In this document: positions 1-12,066 of the stretch, one piece after another
How the letters are laid out: the number at the start of each line of letters is the position of its first letter
Numbering within the stretch: the stretch's first letter is position 1
Notes under the pieces: model-generated
Told to the model about the DNA's origin: nothing
Seen by the model: the letters and a program-made list of their open reading frames with translations, nothing else
Databases searched by the model: none
NCBI RefSeq assembly: GCF_009834535.1
Contig: NC_045707.1
Span: 53,818,001-53,882,000 of the forward strand
From: Camelus ferus
Lineage: Eukaryota
Length of the DNA: 64,000 bases
Direction: 5' to 3'
Translations under genes and position numbers: made by a program

Positions 1-869
1 GTTTTTATGAAAGAGGTAGAAAAATGGAGCTTAGTTAAAGCAGTGATTCATAAAGAAGCAGCATTCACTCAAATTATGTGGGACAGAAGGATGTTTGATC
101 CTTTCTGTGGTTTGGGGTGTTTTCGTTTTTGTTTTTGCTTGGACATGATTACAGAATAGTCTTGCTTATTGTCTTGCCATCATGGTTAGAATGACCTTGT
201 CTGAAGTTTATTCTACGAAATTTTGTTTAACAGGAGGACAGCATCATAGCCTAGTGTTGGTACCAGGCCAGCTCCCAGCTGATGCCTGTCAGTGGCTGCT
301 TTTCTCTTTTCTTTTCCTTTTTCAAATAGGAAGAAAAACAAAGCAGGTTAGATGGAGATGTTGACTCAGAGATGAAGGTTATTTAAGAAAAGGCCTCTCT
401 GTACATATATCACACATGCAGAGACCGAAATGACATGAAAAGCAAACCATGAGAAGGTCTGGAGAAGACGGTAGCAATTAAAATAACAGTTGAGGTGCTC
501 TATCAATGTGGCTGAAAAGACACTGTGCCTTAAATAAGTTAGAGATGCGTTTCTCTTTCAAGTTACAGTCTGGTTGGTCCAGGGATGGTGAGGCAGCTTT
601 CCTCCACAATATTGTTAAAGGACTTATGCTCAATCAATATCACTCTCAAGAGAAGGGTACTCATTTGTGTGGTTAAAATTAATTCACATTTAAGACCAAA
701 AAAAAAAAGAGGAAATAGTTAAGAGAATGAGGTTTCTCTAGTAGCTATAAAAGACCCGTAAGTTATACACATTCTTTTCTACCCACGACCCCATAGGCTC
801 CAACTGAGCCACTCCTAGTGACAAGGGAGGCTGAAAATGTAGTCTTTAAGTAGATGTCCCCAGGAAAAA

Positions 870-2330
870 AGATTGTCTGCCAGAAGAGCTGTCCAGAAAA
901 GAAGTTTCAGCAACGATGAAGACTCTGGAGCAGAAAACAGCTAGATATGTTAAAGGGATAACAAAAAAGGCCAGTGTGACCGGAGGAGAATGAGTGAAAT
1001 TAAATAGAGAAGTAGACAAACGTCAGGACGTTTCCGGCCTTCTGAGACAGAGTTTGGATTTTGTTCAAAGTGCAATGAGAGGGCACTATGGGATTTTGAG
1101 AAGAGATGTGTGGCATAATCTAATGTTTTTAAATTTTTTATTCTGCTATATGGATGTAAATGAATAAAAATGATAAGAGGAAAGAGCTAGGAAGACGTTG
1201 TCACAGTCCCAGGGGAAAACGTGTGGATTAGGGCAGTGGCGGTGGATGTGGCAAGAAGTAGACAGCTTTGAGATGGATTTTGATGCAAAGCCAACAAAGT
1301 TCTTAATAGATGAAGTGGCAGGTGCATGTTATAGAGAGGGATTAAGAATGACTACCAGATTTTTGGCATGAGTAGGTGGTGGGACCATTTACTGATGGGG
1401 AAATGAAGGACTGAGCCTCAGAAGAGAAGAGACAGTGCCCACACTGAAGTGGAAAAGAGTGAGGGGTAAATGCAGGTGGTTGTTATGTTCAGTCACAGAG
1501 AAATGATGCAATTTTCTTTTTATTGCTTTAAATTTCTGGTGAAATAGAAAGTCATCTGCTCAAAGTGAGGAGAATGATGAGTGTTGCAATTCAAGGAAGA
1601 AGTGAAGATATAAAATAATCATCAGTGAGAATTAGAGGCAGCATTTTTCAGGCAAATGTAGTAGGACTATTGGGCGGTACTAAGGATCCACTTGAGAGTT
1701 GTGGTCATAAATTTTAAGCGTGAGTCTTCAACAAGTTTGGGTGCATTTCTCCAGCTGTGTTCAGATTCTGAGGGGAGGTCAGAATTGGGAGGGATTTCAG
1801 TGTCACAACTAGTGTTTCCACGGGCTCAGAAGGTAGAAGGACAGGAAGTTGACAGTAACAGGGAGTGACTTTCTTTTGGACCATGGAATCTAAGCCAAGT
1901 GAAGTGTAAAGTGAGGGCATGATTAGAAGGGGAAGAGTAAAAAGAGGAGGGGACAATGGATTAGATGGGATCATACATTTTAGAGTGAAAGTGATGTATT
2001 ATGTGACCTAGAAAGAGAAGATGATGTGTAGAGAATAGAGTGCTTGAAACTGAGATTTCAGAGAGGTTGAATTTATTGGTAGTGAGAAATTCTGTGGTAC
2101 GACCATGGAAGTGATGGAGTGAGATGAAATGGATAAAATGTTTATTATTGGAAGAGGTCAGGAACTGAGAAGGAATCTTGCACATGTATGTGGAGGTCCT
2201 CAAGGAAAATTAATGAAGCAAGGGATTAGGAGATCCGCAGTTGTTCAAAACACAGCAGGTTAGGACATGAAATTGTGCTATGCTCTGTAGTTTTTGAAAG
2301 AGAAGGGAAAAATGGTGTGAAAGTGGCCAG
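870..2330 (-). mobile_element. L2 remnants (purine-rich antisense text)
   Basis: ggccagtgtgaccggagg...ttggattttgttcaaagtgcaatgaga...gaatgactaccagatttttggcatgag. Confidence 0.55.
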
Positions 2331-2344
2331 AACTTTAGTGTGTT

Positions 2345-2525
2345 ATTAATATATTCCAGACACCATCCTAAGCATTTTACATAGTGTCAGATCATTTTAT
2401 CCTCCCCTAGGCCCCACATTTTGTAGTTGAAGAAATTCAGAGGTTAGATACGTTGTCCAAGATTACTAGTAATAGTGGAGCTAAATCTGGGCATTCTGAC
2501 TCTGAGTAGACACTCTTAATCACTA
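2345..2525 (-). mobile_element. MIR SINE
   Basis: cccacattttgtagttgaagaaattcagaggtta...tctgactctgag...actcttaatcactatg is an antisense MIR core. Confidence 0.6.
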
Positions 2526-3136
2526 TGAAATAATTTCCTTTTTAGGATCAGTGCTGCTTTGGGCACTTTTTAATGTTGAAGCTGATAGGATTGTAAAAGA
2601 TGGTGGGGAGGTGGTTGTGAGAAGTCAAGGTTTTACTAGAAAAACTACAAGATTGGTGGGCTACACTTAAATCCTACTAAGTGTGGTGTAGCCTAGGGGT
2701 GGGGCAATCTCATCAAGAAGACAGAGAATTTTCAAAACTCCTCAACTCCAGGATAGCTCAAATCCTGATACCTTCCTTCACAGATGACTACAGGACCAGA
2801 CTGCAACACTGTAAAGAGATGTCTTCCAAGGCCCCCTGTAAGAGTGGGGGTCTAGGAGGCCACGACTAATGGTGGGACAGAAAGGTTGTGAGGGCTTATG
2901 AGACTGTATGTACGGTCCTAAAGGAAATTTATGAGGGGTTATTTCAAGTATTCCTTTTGCCTCAAGAATGTTCTCCCAATTAGGAAAAATATTCATCACA
3001 CAGATTCCTCAGTGAGGTTACAAATAAAGCTATCACTTACTGGATGTGAGGGGGGAAATAATCAGTAAAAGGTAACTCTTCTAATGCAAGTAAATCTGCA
3101 AAGAAACATGATTCTGATGGCTTGGGTTTTGTTTTT

Positions 3137-3142
3137 TTTAAT
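3137..3142 (-). terminator. NTS: Candidate NTS distal polyadenylation signal ATTAAA
   Basis: tttaat on + strand ~600 nt past the stop. Spacing fits a longer 3' UTR isoform, but another ATTAAA lies at 3321-3326. Confidence 0.4.
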
Positions 3143-3564
3143 TAGCCATTAAGTTCATTTAACAGAAGAAACAAATTCAGTTGAAGGTCATTAAGACAGG
3201 CATAATTAACAATAATTCATTCATCATTCTTTTAAGATGGTCTTATTTTACTACTGTTAACTTCCCCATATCTGAGTGATTCATGAGTGACTCTTGGAAA
3301 AGAGCGCATATTTCTCTCAATTTAATAAAACATTCAGTGAGATAATAAAACAGGTGCTATTACTTTGTTTTGGGTTAATGACATATGGGCTAGACTTTGC
3401 CATAAGACTCTGTTATAATCTCTCATAATTTGGTTTAGAATGTCAAACATTTTAACTGGTTCAACAACCCATTAAGTGCTTTGCAAAATTACAAAAACAT
3501 TCTATATGTGACTTAATTAATATTTACTCCAATTATACACAACACTTCATGCTCAAGATCTAGA

Positions 3565-3570
3565 TTTATT
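3565..3570 (-). terminator. NTS: NTS proximal polyadenylation signal AATAAA
   Basis: tttatt on + strand, ~170 nt past the stop codon. NT/N is known to make short and long mRNAs by alternative polyadenylation. Confidence 0.7.
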
Positions 3571-3739
3571 TGAAAACATTTAGTCCAATTTATATTAATG
3601 CAGAAAAGTCACATCAAATAAACCACAATTATAGAAGAGACAAGATAATTGTGTTCTGCCACATTCTCACACAAATATATTTTGATATTTAGTTAAGGGT
3701 GATAAATCACAATCATGTGTAAAGAAAACATTTAGCCTC

Positions 3740-3892
3740 TCAGTAGTAGTAAGAACCTCTTTTGAGTATGTAGGGTCTCCTAGGTTTATTCTCATACAGC
3801 TGCCGTTTCAGAATGTAAGGAATTTTTCTCTTTATAACTTCTTCCTTTTCATTTTTGACATTTCCACTATCAAGCACATCTTCTTGAATTAA
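3740..3892 (-). CDS. NTS: NTS coding exon 4: LIQEDVLDSGNVKNEKEEVI-KR-KIPYIL (neuromedin N, 3826-3809)-KR-QLYENKPRRPYIL (neurotensin, 3802-3764)-KR-GSYYY*
   Basis: ttgcag|TTAATTCAAGAA...TACTACTACTGA. 153 nt. Canonical neurotensin and neuromedin N between dibasic sites. The four exons sum to 513 nt (170 aa plus stop). Confidence 0.98.
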   Translation of the reverse strand, partial: LIQEDVLDSGNVKNEKEEVIKRKIPYILKRQLYENKPRRPYILKRGSYYY

Positions 3893-6186
3893 CTGCAAGA
3901 TAGAATATGAATGAAACTTACATATGCATCACATATTCCATTTCAGAGTATTTTTCTACATTTTAATTCATTTGCTATTCAGACAATAAGACATGTGTAG
4001 ATAAGATATATGAGGTTTAAAGTAATTAAGTGCTTTGCCCGAGGACTGGTGGCCATTCAGTGGCTGAGATAGGATAAGAACATGATTTTTCTAATTCTCT
4101 GTTCAGTGTTCTTCCTAGTTCATCTGGCTAGCCTTTTTAAAAATTTTTCTTTATTTGTCAAGATCATATATTAATACCTCCAACTGAAGGAGCACACCTA
4201 ATATAACTGAGTATTTTTTAGGCTTGAACCGAGGATAGACCAAAATATTATGGACATATAACATAAACCAAACAAATAAAGAGTTTAGAATCTAGTAAGC
4301 CAAGTTTGGCCTCAGAGGTCCATAGAATTTTATATTCAGTTCAGTTAATTACTGACTTGACTTGAAAACCATTCTAAAGATAATGCTTCTCAGTCACAGA
4401 GTGGGGTCCGTTCTGCCTACTTACTCAGAGGTAGAAATTAACACACCTGAAAGCTCCATGTAAATGGTAAAGATCCTTAGATTATGGAGCTTAATAATTG
4501 GTCATTAAAAGCTAGTTCACATTCAAAAACTCAAGGGAGTTAATTTACATGTAGAATTTTGGCTACTGTATTAATTGAGTATGCCCCATTCTAAAATCAG
4601 TTCCAAATGCTTTTTTTTTTCTGACAGTACTGTTCTGATCATTTGCAACAGGCATAAAATATTTAAGAACTCTTTCCAGAGTTTTGCACATGGTCTACAT
4701 AAAATTTTTTAAAAATCAATGCCCAAGACAAGAATTGTATTTACACTTGTGATTGTCTTCTAAACTTTGGGGTGACTATAACCAATACTGGCAGGAGATT
4801 AAGTTTTTAACCATAATCCATATGCATTGAATTGAATTGTATCACAAGTACTTTATTTCAACCCACAGCTATTCAACTGCAGAAAAGGAAAAATAGCTAC
4901 TGTCAGACAATCTGTTTCTTAGTCTTTTCTTTCTCTGTGTGCGTGTAGTCTGTAATTAGTTGTCCTAGGCTCTGAATACTATTATCATTTTATTTTAAAT
5001 CACTCAATAACATTTAAAATAGCAAAAGTTTTAATCTTATGTGCATCTGGTTTGCCTGCATAATAGTTTATTGAGTTTTTTCCCGGATAAACAGCACATA
5101 ATTGACATTTTCCCGTGTTAAAATGAGCATTTGTTAAAGTTTTATTGACTTAATAAAGAGAAAACCATTTAGCTGGAATTGTAATTAAGAGATAAACAGT
5201 CCAGCAAGAAAAATTAAGGCTGGCTTTTCTGGGTTTTTTAAAAAAACTTTATTGTTTACAAATTAGAATCAACCCTAGAAGTTCTGCATTGCATTTCCTC
5301 TTTTCCACGGGGTATCTCTGTGATAGTGTGCTATAGAGATTGTTTTGTTATATTAGCAGGGAAGGCAGCCTCAGGCCCCCAGATCCCCAGCGTTGGTGTA
5401 AGCTCAGAATATAAAACAGGAAGCAAATCTCTCTTAGGGGGTTAATCTGAAAGAAATGTTTCTCTTGTTGGGAAAATTTTTTTACATTTCTTCTTCTTCT
5501 TCTTTTTTTTTTTTAAATCATTTTCATTTCTCTTTTCTCCTCCAAACAAACATTTCCAAGCCAATGGTGGTGAGTCACCAGTGTGGTGTTTAATACAACT
5601 GATTCATCCTTTGTCGTAGTTCTGTATAATGAAATTTGGCTGTGTTAGCCGTAGTGGACCTAGTTTAGTTTCTGAAGATAACTGAAATCCACAATGCACA
5701 TATTCAATTAAAATAGAAATATATATATATCATTCGAGTTTTATTTGCCTAATATGTTTAAATACAAATGGAACCTTTTGTGTTCTGTGTTTGTTTATAA
5801 ATAAATACACATGACTTAGCGTTTCTGAGAAATACAGAGAATTCAAAATTCAGGCATGCCACCACTGCCACCACCACCAAAAAAAAAAAAAAAAAAAAAT
5901 TGCCTAAGCATGCCACCCATTTAAGCACAATAAAAGCATGTGGCTCAAATCTGCCTTAAGATATATCCCCCTTTTAAGACCGAAGAAAAAATATTTTGCT
6001 AAACTCCGAGTATTTGGAGGACACTTTGAAGATCTGAAGGAATGTTAACCAAAACACATGGTTTATTATGCTCTAGTATTTGTAAGTCTTCCTGTTACGA
6101 TAATTGTCAAGATTAAAAAAAAAAATCAGTACAAATGAGAGCTAACTAGTATAACCATAATCATTTCATATTCTGTTTTGCTTTAC

Positions 6187-6411
6187 CTCCCAGTGTTGAA
6201 AGGCCCTGCTGTGACAGATTTTTCGGAGCTGGTATATTGTCAACATTGCTTCCAAACTAAAGCCATCTAAGGCAGTGGGAAATTTCCTTCTGGTAATAAG
6301 CTCCTCTTCATGAAACTCTCCTGTTTCCTCGGCTTGGCTGTTCAGGTTGTTTATAAGACTGCAAACATTTAGCAGGGTCATCTTCCAAGAGGGAATACCT
6401 GCTTTACTGAT
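6187..6411 (-). CDS. NTS: NTS coding exon 3 (ISKAGIPSWKMTLLNVCSL...RRKFPTALDGFSLEAMLTIYQLRKICHSRAFQHWE)
   Basis: ttcag|ATCAGTAAAGCA...CACTGGGAG|gtaaag. 225 nt, overlaps ORF-track entry 6166..6381. Confidence 0.97.
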
Positions 6412-7269
6412 CTGAAGTACAGAGACAAATAATTATTACGGTTAAAATCTGTTGCTACATGAGTAAGAAATGCATTTTTATTGCTCTAAGCCATTACATC
6501 CTAGAATCTAATTGTTACTGTAGTCTGACAAAGAGCACTATTATTAGCTTAGTAACTTCATATCACAAAGTTGAATAGCATCAATGCTTCATACCCTTTA
6601 TTTAAACAATGCAATGAAGTTATACCCAAACATGTACGCATACGTGAGCAAAGTAAGAAAACAGAAATGACAGTAAGTAGAAAGGCATAAATATATATGT
6701 ATATGTCACAGATGAAAATATTAAAAGTGCCAATCTCTAGTTATACTTCAGTTCAGTGCCCAATGGAGCAGAGACCAAGATGACACTCACAGGCCGGGAC
6801 GATTACAGTGGCTGAGACCACTGACCCATTTCACACACTAACGGTTGTCACAGGCAGCATCACAGCTGATTAATTTACTTATTGAAATTTATAATATTTT
6901 CTAAAATAGCCACCCTTTCCTAATACGATCTTATCTGAAACCATTATTACCATAACTGACGTCTTTCCCATGTGCCAATTTTACGAGAACCTAAATGTAA
7001 AATAATCAACACAAATTAGCAAACATCTCCAAGGGCATAGATGAATAAAAGCAGAAATTCTTTCCAAAGAACATAAAGAAGTTTTTTTTTTGAATAACCA
7101 TAGAGTGATGAAAAGACTCAATAGCAATAGTATCAATTCTATTGGTGTCAATTCTCTGAATTATTCTGCAAATGCGATGCAGTTGCAAATCTAAGTTCCA
7201 ATTTGGAAAATGTGGGGAGACTGGAAATTAGAGGAAGGGATGTAGCAAAATAATTATAAAGTTAGTTTG

Positions 7270-8230
7270 CAAGTATGAATGTGCGGGAATTAAGAAGATT
7301 TAGAAAAATAAAAATGTAATGGGAAGGGACTTAGTCTATGGGTATTAAGATGTATTTTAAAGCTGCAGTAATCAGAGTGAATTCATAGAGCAAGATTAAA
7401 TATAAGACTCAACAAAAGAGAACAGAATGTCGAAAAACTGATCTAAGAACATATGAGTGAAAAGCATAGAACAAAGTTTGCATTTGAACTTCTTGGGACA
7501 GTTGGCTGGGGAAATCTGGATTTAGAGCTAGTTATAACCTTTATTGACATATTGCAAGTAATATCCAGATGGGTTAAATAGGAGTAAATACGAAAGTATG
7601 TAAGTATATAGAATTTGTTTTATACATTTAGGAAAATATCATTAAGCAAATATCCAAACCAGAATCCATAAAGAAAAAGATGATTTTAAATACATCATTG
7701 TGTAAATTATCTCTCTGGGAAATTAATACCTGGCACTAAAATCAAAAGCAAGATATATTGTAAAAGCTGCCACAAAATGTTAATATACTTAACACAGGTG
7801 GAGTTCTTCAAAAAGAAAATGGTGAATGCCTCAATTTAAAAAAAAAACTAAAAAATGTTAAACCTCAGATAAGTAATATGAGCAGATATGTCACAGAATC
7901 ACTCATCAAAGAAGAAATATGTAATAGAAATACATAGAGTGATGTTCATCTTGGCTACCATCAGATCTGAAGACTTTAAAAAATATAAGTACACTCCATG
8001 TACTTATGGGGATATGGAGAAACAGACACTTTCTCTTCTAAATATTTGTTAGTCTGAATATACATTGGTATAACTTCTTGAAAGGTGTTTTGGCACTATG
8101 TATTAAAACTGTAAATGTGCCTACCCTTTGATTAAGATTTTATCCTAGGGCCATGAAAGTCTGAGAGTACAAAGATATTCACTATAATATTTTCAACCAG
8201 TTTGGAAATCCTTTCAACTATGCCCCTTGA
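7270..8230 (+). mobile_element. Highly diverged L1 fragment (L1ME-like) in NTS intron 2
   Basis: A-rich degenerate ORF2/3' text, e.g. ttttaaagctgcagtaatcagagtg and gatatggagaaacagacact. Confidence 0.55.
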
Positions 8231-8839
8231 ATATGATTATCAGCCATTGTGGGAATGTTTCTGCTATGGGAAACTTAGAGGCAACGTGCTCCATCGTGTG
8301 GCAACAATACCTTACGTCTTACCAATTAATGGGATACAGCAATTTTACATTTGGAAAGCTCTTTAGAGCTTTGATCTGATTGAGTGTTTTCTAAAGTGTT
8401 TTCCTTAGAATACTAATTCTGCTCTCATTGTTTTTAAAAAGGGGTTTCACTGCCAAGTAAGTTGGAAAACTTGAATTTAAAGGAAATTTAAAGGCTTCTT
8501 GAATGTAGGTATCCCCAGAGCTTTTTATTTGTAAATATTCATTGTAACTTTTGTTGCAATTGTGCCAAAATAATATCCAATGTTCCCCCAAACTAATCAA
8601 CCATAAAGTGCTTTATTTATAAAATATCTGTCAGGACTTGTGCTGTCCGATTATTTTTTGGATGAGGAAACTGAGTAAATCATCTCGTTCCCTTCTGTCA
8701 GAATAGTCACTACATCACTCAGTACTCTTATTTAATGTCACATTAGACCCTGTCATACTTTGGAAGCGCAGCAGAGACAGCACTCTTCTCCATAGAATGC
8801 CTAAATAGACATGTATTTGAGAACATAAAAATATGTCAC

Positions 8840-9135
8840 CCTTGGTATCTGATTACCCTAGATATCTGGTCAAATATTTGATTAAACTTCCACCCTCGAT
8901 TTCAGAATTCTGTTGAGCTTCTAGCAAGAATCCTCCTAGACTTAATGTTTCTTCTTGGTAATTTTCCATATACTGACCCCTCACCTTGCTCTTTGGCTGC
9001 TGTAAATCCCCAACTTGTCCTTGTTGTCTTTGGAGTTGAGCCTGATCTTTGCAAAATCCCTATTGCAATAGTTCCTGTAGAGTAAAGTCTTCCTTGCTAT
9101 CTTTAACAAGTGTCATGAATAATTTTTCTTTCACA
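8840..9135 (+). mobile_element. ERV1 LTR 3' part, MER31-like
   Basis: ctagcaagaatcct...ggtaattttccatatactgacccc...agtaaagtcttccttgct...aataatttttctttcaca terminus. Confidence 0.65.
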
Positions 9136-12004
9136 GTAAACATTCTTATTTCTTAAATTACTTTATATAAATGTTTATAATAGACCTAAGCCTATAGATA
9201 AGAAATTTTGAATTATTGTCTTCTCTTGTTTTCAAATTAAGGAAAACAAGAACATTTATGGCTCTTACTTATTCTTTTTGATTAATTTTTCTAATACGGA
9301 ATAAGATCCTAGTCAAATTTCAATTTCTGTAATTGAAATTTAATTTATGTGATTAATTTATGTGACTAATGTTCATTCCCTGTAATACACTGAACTCAAG
9401 TGTATTACAAGCATTTAAATTGGTGAATTGGTAAATTCATGGTGAATTAGAGCATTTCACCTAACTAAAAATAATTCATTATCTTCAGTGGACCCCTGAA
9501 GTTTTTATACGGAATACAAAAGGTAAGCGCTAGTAATATATCCTAGATTCCCATTGTTAATTCATAAATATTTATTAAACTCTTACTGTATACAAGGTAT
9601 TGAATTTGCTCATAGGAAATGACAACATTCCAACAGCTTTTTGAGAGCCTGAAGAAAGCATACTGATGAAGTTCTTCTTGATAAAACTATACCAAAGCAC
9701 TAGCATTGGTAACAAAGAGAATTATATTGTAAGAAACAATTTCTTTATCTTCCTCTGTGCAGGCTTTGGAACCTTCCTTGGCCCTCTGTGACTAATTTCC
9801 ACATTAATCTTTCAATATCTAAAGTTTTACTTTAAAATGGAAATTGCTCACATATTTTACCTGAAGAGTGGAAAGAAGAAAGCTGAAGTATTCTGAAGCT
9901 TTTAATAATGGAGTTATACCAGCATCAAATATTCTCTTAGATTCTTAAAAATAGTAGTTTGGTTAAAGTGGTCAAAAGTTCAGAGTTTTCATTTGCATAG
10001 AACTCTACACACACCAAAAACTCATTGAATCACAGAGAAATAAGTGATAGTAGTTTTGTAAAAAAAGTAAAATAAAAAATAAGAAATGAACTTCTGGCTC
10101 CCATCCTAGCAGCAAAATTGGCATCATTATGTTTTTGGTTGCTTCCTCATCAGAGTCTGTATTTTACTTCTTTCAATGAAAGGGAGGCAGTGGGATTCAA
10201 TTTTTCCTCCGTGATCTGTTTTAGAGATATATCTCATGACTGAATGAAAGAGAAATATTTTATTATGCCTATGCTCTAGTATGTATTTCCCTTAAGAATA
10301 AAAGTAAACCACCTCAGACACTAGAATTGTTTTTCCCTTGCAGTGTCTTGGCCAGGGAGGGAATCATAACCTCTACTCCCACATTTTTGCAAAGTAGCTA
10401 ACACTCCCCACACCATACCACATTCTGGAGATCATTGAGGACCTTCATGTGTCAGTGTAAACTGGCAATCATAGAGGCAAACTCTCTACCAAGGCATGAA
10501 GGCATTCTAATCTGCCCTGTTTTCCGAAACAGACTATTGACTTCACTTGTCTTCCTATGCTTGAGTTGAAGTGATTGTAGCCACTGCTATTATGACTGAG
10601 TATTAAACAAAGGCTCTGTTATCTTAAGATTAAATATATTTGGTCCTTGAGTTTTAATGACTGAACAAAATTTGATCATTCTTGACGGGAAACCTACCAA
10701 ATTATGGTAGAATTTGGTTTCCATGTGTTTAAATTTTATAGATCTGGCAATTGTGGAAATATACGTGTGCTTAAATTTTCCCCAAATGTCTTTTAAGGAC
10801 CAGAGGAGAAAACCTCTCTGTTAGCTTTCAGATAATAATGCCAAAGGCTCAAAAACACACACACAAGTGGGCATTTCCCCTTCATACCCACTAGCGAACA
10901 TAAGTCTACTTACATACTAGGGGTTGTTGCACCTCACACATGCTCATCCAACTAGGGAACAGAAGACTGAATTGAAGTGTTCCTTCAAAAATTAGACAGG
11001 AGTTTTGAGCATTTACTTTCTTACCATAGCATTTGTTGAGTCCTCAGACTTGATATGGGTGTTATGACCGTGACTGCACCAAGTGACTCCCTCATCTCAA
11101 AATATGCTTCTCTTTGAGAATTAGAGAATTGTTCTCTAATTCTACATTTAGATGCACACTGATTAACTCATGCCACGTAAATCAATATTGTGAGGTAGCA
11201 TGGTAATCAGTATATTCTAATTCAGTTCTATTCCTAGATACACGTTGGTGTCTAGGAAACTTGGTTTCAAGACCCTAAGAGAGGAGTAATAGGGTCCAGT
11301 ACAAAGTTTTACTTGATTCAATAAAAACAATCATGTACTGATAATACTTCAGTGTTATGAAGAGAACTGGAATCCGGGGCTGGACTTAATGCAAATGTCC
11401 AGGAGATAATGAACTCCAACCCCAGCATTTAAACATAAGGAAACAAAGGTAGCAATGTTAACTAACCCCCTTGCTTAAGATCAAATAGTTCACAAGTCAC
11501 AGTTGCAGGGTTAGGTCGCAAGGCTTCTGTTTGTCAGTTTATTGTTCTTTACTTTCTACCACATTTCATCCAGGGATTTCACGGACTTTCATTTTTAACT
11601 TAGGAACTCCATTTCCCTTCCCCCAATATAACAAAAAAGGCAAGAATGTCACTCAGTTTTCATTTATGTGTTTGACTCAAGGCCAACATACCTTCCATCA
11701 TACAAAATGTGATTGGAACAGAAATGGAGTTTTAGAAACACATTTTCATGTTCACATAAATAATATGTGACTACTTAATTAAATCTGCAATATGGTGATT
11801 GATAGTCACTATAATTTCTTTCCCTGTCACATCAACACCCTTAAGTCCTTTGAACTTAAGGAAAAGTTTCCCAAAAAAGGAAATGCCTTCCAATGAACTT
11901 TTCAGTTTCAATAGGAAGTCATTACTATAGGAAAAGGACACCATGTTTATAATTAGAGCTCCTATGTTTCTCAGTCTTTAGTCTGAAAAAAAAAAAGAAG
12001 TTAC

Positions 12005-12066
12005 CTTTGATGTATGCACATTGGTCAATAAATCTGCTTCTAATGCCTTCATTTCCTCTTCTGAAT
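12005..12066 (-). CDS. NTS: NTS coding exon 2 ((D)SEEEMKALEADLLTNVHTSK)
   Basis: tcag|ATTCAGAAGAGGAAATG...ACATCAAAG|gtaac on the minus strand. 62 nt, keeps the frame from exon 1. Confidence 0.97.

Noticed and set aside
6166..6186. NTS exon 3 read-through ending VKQNRI*
   Set aside because: This is the frame running past the GT donor. There is no evidence for an intron-retained isoform.
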